Positions 12,297 to 23,072 of a stretch of 64,000 nucleotides of DNA are shown here, piece by piece. This stretch comes from Kudoa neothunni. Taxonomy: Eukaryota > Animalia > Cnidaria. The translations under genes and the position numbers were made by a program. The notes beneath the pieces were generated by a model. The model saw nothing but the letters and a program-made list of their open reading frames with translations, did not search any database and was not told the DNA's origin. Positions within the stretch are counted from its first letter, which is position 1, and each line of letters opens with the position of its first letter. Where the stretch lies: positions 2,564,258 to 2,628,257 of the forward strand of contig OZ199839.1 of the NCBI GenBank assembly GCA_964304625.1, in the 5' to 3' direction.

Positions 12297-15200
12297 CAGT
12301 GGTTCCCTACAAGTGTTACTCTCGCATCCCCAGGCAACCACCAAAACTATGTCCGCACCCAACGGTAATTCACCGTAAAAAGGATTAAAGAAAATCATTT
12401 CTCTAATACGACCTTAATTACAATTTAAATTTATACATTTCAAATTTAATGTATAAACTATTCTTAGGATTAATTGGATTTTATAAAACTACCGACTGGA
12501 ACAAATTTTCAAGAATGTTCTTGATTAATTTTCCATATTTTAAACTTGAAAATACAAAAAAATATTTTATATGCATAACTTAATTAATTTTATCTTTTAA
12601 AAATTTTACTATGAAAATCCAAATAAATCTATTTTTTTAATTATTTACGTACAGTGTTCAAAATAAGAATGAAATTGGCACGCAAAGAAACCAATAAATC
12701 CGTTGAAAAAATATTTTAGGAACAACAAAAAGGATAAAATATTTTTTAATTATCTACTTTCCTGATCTTTGAGATCGTTAATTAACATTTAAATCATGGT
12801 TCTTTGTTAGTTACCGAGATTCGAAAATCATTCTCAGGATTTAACAAATTTTTATATTTGTTTTTTATATGCAACAAAAATGAAAAACCAGACACACAAC
12901 CAATTAATGGAAAACGGAACTAGAATACTTCACTCTCGTATTGCAAGAGATGGATAAGCAGTCAGAGCATGGCATCATAATTCTTCAAGTGTATTTGATT
13001 CAAATACGAGTCTCATCGCTTGACTTTCTTGTAAATCAATTAGCTCCTCTACATCGTGATCGTCATTACGTATATTTACAAATTTAAATGAAAATAAGTT
13101 GATGATCCAAACGTCGGATGCGTCCAAATTTCCTGCCGAAAAATACCTATCAAATGAGAGAATCAACATTTTAAGGTAGTAAACAATGACAGCCATTACA
13201 TCTAGTATAAATTTTTGATTATTTTCAACCTAAAGAACTTCATTGAGTGATTCAAAATTTGCGAAATTTTCAACTTATATTCTCGAGCTCCACAAAAGTA
13301 ATTTCTTACAAAATGAACGCAGTTTTCCGGAGGATCTCACAATAATCATTCCCTTTCCTTTCCTTCCCTTGAATTGAATTGAATAATTCAAATCGTTTTT
13401 ATGTAAAAATATATCTATCAAATAGACCAGTACTATTAAAAAGTTCGGCTACTCAGAAGCATCAAACAGCTCTGAATTTTGTTTGCTTCAAAATTCTTTG
13501 AGTTCGTTTCTATAGCTAAAAAATCTTCCCAAGATTTTACCTCGAGAAAGTCATCTTACTTTTTTATGAATTAATAAAACTAAAGAATCATCGTTGAATT
13601 CACCACTGCAAAAAACCTTGAACAAGCGATGATTTAAAGCTCTTCCACGAATAAAATTAACGATTTCCACAATACATCCAAAATTTTCTTAAAATTATCC
13701 GGTAAAGTATAGACATCAACGCTTGACGACGAAGAAAACAATGTGTAAACAAAACATCGGGTACTTCAGTTCTAATCAATGAAACAAATCCAGACCTATT
13801 ACCTAGCATGACTCATGACTGGACCTCTGTCAATGCAAACAGACCCAATTCGATTCGATGAAATTTTCATATTATTGAAAAAGGTTTCACTGTATTAAAT
13901 ATGTCTTTCGCAGTCGTTATGATTTCAAGAAGTTTATAGAAAAGAAACTCTTCCTCGATTGGGGTTTCCTTTATATAGCGAAGAAAGCAGAAAAGTTGAC
14001 TACAATTTTCGACATCCGTGGATTCATCCAACTGAATTTAAACTTTCAAAGGTTATTATTTGATATACAGAATTATTTGTTTAAGGATATCCTCTCCAGT
14101 AGCGTTGATTCTATTTCGAACAACATTATTCGACTTAGAAATCCTTTTATATTTATTTGCAGCATCTTCACCCAATACAATTCGTGCTGATTCAATAATG
14201 CAGGGTTTTATAAGATTCTCTGCAATTTTGTGTGGATTTTTATTTTTTCTATTTCATAAGCAAGGATTTATCCAGAGAAACTAATCCCAATTTTGGATGT
14301 GTGCCTTCATATCATAGCGGATTCTTTTTTTTTCAATGAATCAAAATCATTTCCTATCTGTGAACTTCCACCGTGTTTAACCCCCAAAATGCACTTCAAG
14401 TTTTGATGATTTCAGATTTGAATTGGAAAACGTTGAACTACAAAGCACACAACGAGGTAGATCGATCCCTTCAATAACAATATTTGTGATACCAAATCGA
14501 ATGTAATGCTCCTTCCATTTTCTAACCTTTTGTTGATCCATCATAATTCAAACATTTGGAATATTAAAAGAGATTACAGAAATAGAATCCAGATTTATTC
14601 TGTTTTTGATTATTGCATCCACAAAACAATATCAGTATTTAAATCTATAACTTAAACCATAAAAAAAGATGCGTCAAGATTTTATTTATTAAAATATCAA
14701 ATCTAAATTGTTAAGTTTTTAAGCGAAGCGAATAAATCGTTGTAAATTGGAAAATCAAGATCAATACCTATGTCCAAAACGTGATTAGTGATTGTTAATA
14801 TGTGGGCGACAACGAAAATACTTGAAATTATTATAATATTAAACGCTCTGGAATCATTTACTTATATAAAATAAATTTTGTACTATCTATAATTTTTGAT
14901 GATCTAGACTTAAATTTATACATGAAATAATTTCGTGAAATGTGTATCATCTATAAAACATTATTCAACAATATTTTTTATACCTTTTTTAAAAACAATC
15001 AAAAATGGAAGCATTATTAATAATATATCAATGATAACTCTCGAATGTTAGCAATAAGAAAGCCAAACACATTCACACTCACCTCCTTATACTTATTAAA
15101 TATATGTCAGCGTAATGTTTTATTAAAATGGACTAAATAGAATTATCCACTGTAGATGCAGCAGACACTACCATTAGGGTAAGATTCGGTAATAGAATAT

Positions 15201-15437
15201 ACTGGCAACGATTCATTTTTAGTATCGGTACATTTAATATTATTTTTTTTATTGTGCTATCACATAACCAACGACCAATATCACAACAATCAAACGGTAA
15301 TAACTGTAAATTAAACGAATGATTGGACCAAAACCTCACCAGCATTAAACTCGTAAAAAGATTATTTCTACATTAATTTTAAATGATTCTCATACCCCCC
15401 TAAAATAGCTTCCTGCATCCCATGTAGGGAACCACTC
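12297..15437 (-). mobile_element. Degenerate hAT DNA transposon (Buster/Charlie, ZBED5/8-FAM200-like)
   Basis: TIRs CAGTGGTTCCCTACA / TGTAGGGAACCACT; decayed 8-bp TSD (ttctaagg/cttgaagg). Broken minus-strand transposase starts MDQQKVRKWKEHYIRFG...PRCVLC and includes FSLQLDESTD and EEEFLF. Confidence 0.85.
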
Positions 15438-15464
15438 CTTGAAGGTATCAAAAAACGATCTAAC

Positions 15465-15831
15465 TCCAAAGATTTTGGGTGAAAATTACCCCCGACTTTT
15501 TGTAGGTAAATTTAAATTAAAAATTGTAATAAATCTACTTCTAAAACATTATATGGTTCGACACATTACATTCTGAGAAAAAGTGTCGTTACTCACATTA
15601 CTAGTCATCATAAAACCTTATACGGCACAAGTCGTAAGTCACCAGTTCTTCGTTAACAAACAAAGGTAAAATATGTAACTACGATGAATCTTATTTTAAT
15701 TTCTAACTCAATATATTTTTTTTAATATTACGAATTATTATAGAATTAAGTTTAAACAATAAACACATTTTTTGGATGAATAATTAAGTAAATATTATGC
15801 TGGGGTTAATTTCATCCCAAAATCTTTGGAG
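15465..15831. mobile_element. MITE, possibly piggyBac-derived
   Basis: Inverted termini CTCCAAAGATTTTGGGTGAAAATTACCCC / GGGGTTAATTTCATCCCAAAATCTTTGGAG; related termini near 15983-16012 and about 48690. Confidence 0.55.
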
Positions 15832-16303
15832 GGTGTTTTTTAATTTTTGATAACCTCCAGTATTTTTTTAAAATCTAAACACTCACAAATTTTACTTCAA
15901 ATAAATTTATAGGTATAGCGATAATATCATATACATTAAGAAACTATGAAAGAATATATGATAGGATTAAAACTTGTTAACGGGAGTTCCACCCAAAAAT
16001 CCTTGGAGAGTTAGATTTAAACATTGATGTTTAATTCAAGGGTTTTTGAACCTTATAATGAATAAAAAATTAAATAATGTCGATTATCAGATTAACTTCA
16101 AGTCATTTATTATTTTAATTAAATGTTAATTTCGAATAAGAATTCTAATAAGCAGCATTTTAACTTTCTATTAAACAGGAATAAGAAACAGGTAATTAAA
16201 TACATTCAGAGAAAGGGCTGTGTATATGTGTTAATTCATTCTTTTTAAATCAAATAACATGAAGGTTTTGATAATAATTCGAAGGGTTAGTTTAAGAAAT
16301 GTG

Positions 16304-18922
16304 TTATTTGATTCCTTTGCTTGAAGCCACCTTCTTACGGTAAATGACCAAATAATAAAATAGTCCCGCAGCTACACTTAGCATCACTCCAACAACAGAT
16401 CCCCTATTTAACTTGTTGAAATTTTTATTCAGAACAATTTTACGATATAATTCCAGCCACTTTCATGCTAAATATACGTTAGATTATTAGAAAAATCATT
16501 TGCTTACTGATTAGAGTCAGCTTTTGCAATGGCATCTGGTGCTAAATATACCAATTCACCAATCATATTTCATTTATTGTTTTATTTACTTGAATTTGTA
16601 TTATTAATTTAGAAAATTTAAACATTTATAAGAAATCAATCATATATTTTTATTTAATTATTAAAATTTGAAAAAAGTGACTACCTTTTGGTCGTGGCAC
16701 GCGTGACTTTGGTGGTCTTTGAAGCTAATTTTGAATTTAAGTAAAGAAAAATAAATGGAATTGAATATCACTAAATAATTATTTAATAATCTACTCATTT
16801 ATATGATGTGATTACCTTGTAGTATCCGCCACACTCTCAATTTCTATATAACGGTTGTATTTGAAATAAACGAATAAAAATACCCTTTCTCACAATGTAT
16901 ATTGTATCTCCATGCATGTAACTTTCAGGCTTCACAATTAATTTGTATGATTTTTTGGACGAGACACCAGAGTATGTAATAAAGTTGCATTTTGTATCGC
17001 AACTAGCACTTGTTATAAGACACGGAGTTCCTACTATTTCAGGCTTTCTGGCATCTGTAATATCAATCAAGGTATTGTAACATTTAATTGCTGACATATC
17101 TCTCGTAGGATTCATTGCTCCCACAAACTTTATGGTCTCACCATCAAACAAATGGGTTATGGTTAATGTTGCGCCGTCTAATGAGCAATTTTCATTTAAA
17201 ATATTCAAAAAAATTACCAGTTAATAACTCATTAATTTCTGTATCACTTTTTGTACTATCAAATTTTATTAACAAGGAATATTTTGTCCCGCGCTCCAAC
17301 CTTTCAAGTTCAGCTCGCTCAGAACACATTATTCTGCAAGGGAATCTTCCATTACAGTATACATCAGAGTAAAAATTTGTCCATTCATTCTTTACTTTAA
17401 TTAAACAAGCAATTTTATCATTGTTCTCGGTCATTGGCTGGAATCGCATCCTTGTATCCATAATGGTTATGTCGGTACTTCCAAGTTGGACTGCATCTCC
17501 ATCTCCGTCTATACATTTGTTTAAGAAAATCATCAAATTTATTTACCTGTAATAAAATAATATTCAAACGTTATTTCTTCCGATCCCTCATTTTTTGCAT
17601 CCACAGTTACGATATATGCTGTTCCAGCACTCAAGTTGGAAACACTTTTTATGATACAGCCAGTGTCACAAGTATCTCCGGAACATTGTCGTTGTATTTT
17701 CGTTTTAACTTTTAGATCAAGAGAATTCCTTACATCAAGTGTACAACTTGAAGCACTAATTGTATCAGTTAATAATTTCATAGTTGTTAAATCTAATGTA
17801 AATCCGGCATTTGAAATATCTGTCGGCGTTATGCCATTATTTGCCACTAAAAAATGTCATTGGGATTAAATTAAAATTTTTTACATGTATAGGTTTTTGT
17901 CTCAGCAGTTTTCTTCTTCACTTCGCGGATATAAACAGTCACCTGCAAATACGTTGCATCGGCTATCATTACAACCTCAGTACATGGATTAATACATAAA
18001 ATCGTGTTTATTCCACAGTTTTTCACGTAATCATTTTCCCCTGCAGTTTGATCTTTTATTTTAAATTCACATAGCTTATCAGGCTTTTGGTTCAAAATTG
18101 TTATTTTATATTTTTGTTCTCCTGAAACTTGTGTCACTGTGTAGAAAAATTCAGAAAATTCAGAGGCTTTTTGAGTGTATTCGTTATTTATATAATAAAG
18201 AAAACTAGGGAAATAATTTCCACATTCTAAAGTATATTCATATCGATAAGTAGTTAAACTCGCTTTCAATGTGGCTTGATTTGTTGTGGTACAAGTCTCA
18301 CTTGCCTCTGATTTCGCAATCTCAATACCGTCTGAGGTCAGCTTGCACTCTGTTATTGGACATATCATGTTATATGTAAACTTAACTTTTTCATCTACAG
18401 TTGTTACAGTAATGTCTGGATTCAAAACATAGCCTAAATAAAATTAGCATTACCTAAAATATAAATAGCATTTTCTAATAGGTTTACTTCTTGGTATCAT
18501 AAATACTTTTTTGAGTAATGGATTTTCTTCTAAGTTTTCTTTTGAATTAATGACTCTTATTAAAACAAATTTTGAATAAAATGAAGCTTCTTCTATATCT
18601 ATATTGTCTTTATCGCATTGTAGAACGCATTTATTTTCTGTTTCTGTGTCTTTACAAAGAAAATCTGCGTAAGTCAATTTATTTTGCTGGTTGAGCTTAG
18701 AAATTTGTATATAACATTTTTTATCAGCATCAAAATCTTTTAACGATATTTTAATTTTATTTCTATTATTCTCTACTTCAGTGATTCCAAACTCAAGGTA
18801 ATGTGATTTTCCCTCTGGCTTATCATTGAAGGAATCTAAAATGTATATATGTTTAATATTATTTAATATAACATACAAAATATGATTGTCGAAAATGTCA
18901 CAACTGTTACGAGAAGTCTCAT
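16304..18922 (-). CDS. Surface membrane protein family, copy 1 (683 aa; signal peptide, 6 Cys-containing FN3-like modules, Thr-rich stalk, TM, short tail)
   Basis: Exons 18922-18877, 18835-18488, 18433-17885, 17846-17547, 17508-17218, 17177-16884, 16843-16817, 16724-16686, 16541-16508, 16467-16444, 16403-16304 total 2052 nt. The frame is open only if introns 7 and 8 are spliced as twin introns. Begins MRLLVTVVTFSTIIF; ends VAGIISGSVVGVMLSVAAGLFYYLVIYRKKVASSKGIK*. Confidence 0.85.
16542..16685 (-). other. [D1,2] twin intron B, copy 1 (internal 16684-16589; external = G16685 + 16588-16542)
   Basis: AAAA-G|GTAGTC...TCAAG|TAAATA...TTTAG-CACCA; removing the internal intron creates donor GTAAAT and restores frame. 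Confidence 0.75.
16725..16816 (-). other. [D1,2] twin intron A, copy 1 (internal 16815-16771; external = G16816 + 16770-16725)
   Basis: ACAA-G|GTAATC...TTTAG|TGATAT...ATTAG-CTTCA; rebuilt donor GTGATA. Confidence 0.75.
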
Positions 18923-19418
18923 TATGTATAAAATAGATTTAATCCGTTATGTGGCAATTCACTAATACATCTCGATTCAATTGGCAATGAATTCCCCACA
19001 AGTCGTCAAAATATTGAAAATCTGTAAAAATAATAATAACTAAATAATTTTATACAAACATATGATTTTTAGCCCCATCAGAGAGAAAATATAAAAAGTC
19101 TAAAATTATATGGATAATTGATAAAATGTAACTTATTAGATCCTTCTTTTGGTTCAAATAATATTTATTTCTATGCAACAAGATAATAATAAATTCAAGT
19201 TTATTTTCACATTAACACAACATATTTTTTATAAAATTGAATATAACATGAATGTCAGGAAAAAATACGTACTACAGTCGGTAATCGGTTTTGCATACAA
19301 CCGATTTTTCACACTCTTTGTGAAATTATTTAATTATGACTCTAAATGTCTCCAATGTTTATATAAATAAATATATTTAACATAACGATAATTTTGGTTC
19401 AAATAATAGACCTTAAAT

Positions 19419-22023
19419 CGGTGTTTCTCAACCAGGGGTCCTGGAGGATTTTGTGTGGGTCATGAAAATTCTTTTGACTAATTTGGACGGCGAAGGAAAA
19501 CGTGGAACTATGCCGTGTAGGATACCATCCGGTTAGAAAATGTTATTAAACATATGAACTTGATTTATATTGATTTATTATAAATATAATATTGAAATAA
19601 GTTACATATTGTTATTTATGAGTAACATCGCACACCTCACGGTAGAAAAAAATGCCAACTTGGCTCATCATGCGAGTTGAATTAAGCAGCAGTTGTTCCG
19701 ATCAGGCAATACTCACTCACTCACTCACTCATTTGTTAGTTTGTTTTTGATACTAACGAAAAGTTCTTTAATTCGATAATTTGATACAGATGAAAGTTAA
19801 TTTTTCTATCAATTAAATGTTAGATATGTAACTATTCATGTATTTCTGGAACTCGTTAAATTTCATGACACATATCGGTTTGACTTCATAATTTTTTCTA
19901 TTTTTAATTATTTCATACTTAATAAGATTATTCACAAAATATTTAAATGGAATGAGCATGTTTAAAATGTCCACTTTATATTTAATTTAGCTATAAAAAC
20001 TTGAAGGTATTTTCAAAAACTTCAGTTCACTCGCAGATTTAATAACCTAAACCTAGAAATTGAAAGCATTATTTACCCGGAATTTTCACATAGAAAGAAT
20101 TTTATTAAATAATATAATCAATTCGTATGAAATTAAAGATTTGCATTGTATAAAATAATGTGTTTTTAGACATTTAATGAAAATATAATCTGTACATCCT
20201 AACTATATTTTTTATTATCATTATATGCCAGTCATATTATTTTAATTGGCGTAATAAATTTTTTAAATAGTTTATTTAACAAAACAGAAAAAATATATAT
20301 TAATAAATTTAACTAATAAAACATTCAATCAAAAAACAATTTATTATGACATCAAAATTGAATAAATAATAAAGTATATATGATTTTTAATTAAAAAAAA
20401 GGTGTCAATGAATAATTTTAATTAACACGGAATTCCATATAAATTTCTATCCGCAAGTTTTAAACATATTATTGACTTTGCGTTACGTATTTAATTAACA
20501 AAACTATATTGTCATGGCAGTCAATAGGAAATAATGAGATTATATTTTGTCAAAATCTCCAAAATTAATAAAAAAATCATAAACCAATTTAATTTAGAGA
20601 AGTAATAATGTTTGTCTCATTTAAAAATTTTAATAAAAACGTGAATTTTCTAATTGCGGCTAAATATTATCCTTGTGCGGATATTATATTTGATTTTATT
20701 CCTGAATTAAATGATTGATTTTTCTATATTTAGGTAGAATATTTTCAAACGTTTAATTTTTTTATTGAAGCTGTTAAAAATAAATAAAAATGTTTTAAGT
20801 TTAAATATTTGTTGTCGTATTAAAACAAACATTAATAAACAATACAATTAATGTTAGATTAAAATAGATCTCTATCAAATAATGCTGCATCAAACTGGTG
20901 TGTTATTTATTAATGTGATTAACCATAACATCATCAAATAGATACTAGTATTATATTAATAATTTCTATTGATTTTTTTAAATGTAAGATTAAACATCAC
21001 AAACAAAAATCTTTAAAACACTGATTTTTCGATTTAGTCAACATAAAATACTGTATTGAATCTTATATTATTAATTTTTTTAAATTAAAAGCAAAAAAAA
21101 TTCTTTAGTAGAATTAATTTTATTTTAAATACCAGAAGTATTAAAAAGTATTGATATATTTCCATAATAGCAAGTTATATTCGAACGAATTTGGTATACC
21201 TTTAAATTTTTTGAATTTAAACGGAAACATACTATAGCCGTTTTCATATTTTTTCGAATATAAATAAATTATTTATAAAAAAAAATTTTCGTTGCATTGA
21301 ATATTGAAGCGAATAATTATTAACTGTTAGAAATTTGTATCTTTATAAGTGATACCATTGGGTCGAAAAAAACAAAAATAATCATTAAAAGGAAATATAT
21401 TTAAAATATTAGTTTAAATATAATGAACCGGCGGAGATTATTAAAAATCAAGAGTGAGAAATTGACACAAGACAAGCTTGACGGTTTCATAATACCAGTT
21501 AAAAGATAATTATTCAAGCTTAAAAAGTCCAATTAAAATTAATGCTAAATAAAATTTTTAAATTAATAAATTAAAAATAATTATTATTAAAGTATACGGT
21601 TTCAATCATTATAATAATTTCGTTATATACAATGACAGAGGCTATTGACACGGAAAAATTTAATCCTAAAATGCATATGCGCTGTTAGAATGTTTAATCT
21701 CGGCAACTCAATCTTACAAGCTCGTTATAGATTTAATTTTTTAGAATCTGATATATTTAATTATTTCTGGCCCCTAAGAGCGGAGCGATGAACGAGAAAT
21801 AATTGAATATGGTCAAAACTAATGTCACCTGAATATTATTTATCGTGCCAATAGCCACTTTCATATAATATATAATATCGGTCGGATATATATATATTAT
21901 TAAAAAATTGTAATTGTTAACGTTAACGTTAAATACGATTAAACATTTTCAATGTTAACGTGGGTTACAGGACAATTTAAAAAAAAATATGGGTCATGGA
22001 TAAAAAAAGGTTGGGAAACATTG
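19419..22023. mobile_element. Non-autonomous hAT-type element
   Basis: Termini CGGTGTTTCTCAACC / GGTTGGGAAACATTG; TSD ccttaaat / cctaaat; empty site visible near 60655. Confidence 0.75.
21636..21860. mobile_element. ~225-bp MITE (second copy at 63060-63290)
   Basis: TIRs CAGAGGCTATTGACACG / CGTGCCAATAGCCACT; internally colinear with 63060-63290. Confidence 0.7.
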
Positions 22024-23072
22024 CCTAAATGAGGTAAAATGCGTAGCCAAAATCACGTGTCGTATCGATTTTGCACATTTTTCCCATGCACTCTGTTGGT
22101 CAATGTAACGTTATTTTCAGAAAAAGTGGAAACTTAACGATAAGCGAAGATATAAATACAACAATATTAGAAGGAAAATCAAAAATAATAAAATACTTCG
22201 AAAATCTTTCATAAATAAACGTTAAGATAGTTACTGTGAGACGTTTTGACATATCAAATATAGCAATCCTAAATGGCCTCCAATAAAAAGAAATAAATTT
22301 TTCATCTAAATTCCAAAAAAAGGGGTATATAATTATTATGTGCATGCGCAAAATGTGTGTGAAATCTATTACCTACTATATACCATTAATCCTATTACCA
22401 ATTAAAACACAATTTATTTTCGGTTTGTATTTTCAAACAATTATAATATTACATATTTTTGTATAAAAAATCAAAATTTTTCTAAATATTCTTTATTTGT
22501 AAATGAATATATCATAATTGACTATGGTAGTTGTACTGTGCCATTATGTTTGCTAAATAATGCTACAAACACGCTTAACTAATATATTTAATGTGAATTA
22601 TTTATTTATTAATAAATAGTATATATCTGAAATTTAAAATACTCATTAACATAAATAATAAATTTATATTAATTGTTATATCATCATAATTTTTTTAATG
22701 TTGGTATTAATACAAAAATTAGCTCTAATGAAATAATTACAACATGGAAACATGAAGTAGATTTCTGAATTTAATAGCTGTTGATTGTTATTCTATGAAT
22801 CGTTTGAATACAAATATAAAGGCAATATCCGAATATTTAAATTGTTCAAAATCTATATGTATTTAATAAAATTTAAGTCATTATAAACAATATAAAATCT
22901 AAAATATTACACTTAATATAGTCATATTGGAATATATTTTGAGAAAATAAGTAACAATATAAGTAATTCAAGATTACAACAACAAGCCGAAACCAGGAAT
23001 AACACGTACATTTATGACCAGTCATATATAAATGTTTTGATAATAATTCTAATAGTTTGTTTAAAAAATGCA

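Larger units (their letters stand above)
19275..22378. mobile_element. Tc1/mariner-type MITE (same family as 60536-61140) interrupted by a hAT-type insertion
   Basis: Starts TA|CAGTCGGTAATCGGTTTTGC; segments 19275-19418 and 22031-22378 are colinear with the uninterrupted copy at 60536-61140. Confidence 0.75.

Noticed and set aside
16589-16684. Internal intron of twin intron B is about twice modal size, suggesting a third nested intron
   Set aside because: No internal GT/AG pair is conserved across the copies examined.
18434-18487. TTTTAG|GTAATG inside intron 2 of copy 1, resembling an AG|GT recursive splice site
   Set aside because: Not present in the homologous intron of copy 2, leaves only a 20-nt second intron, and is not needed for frame.
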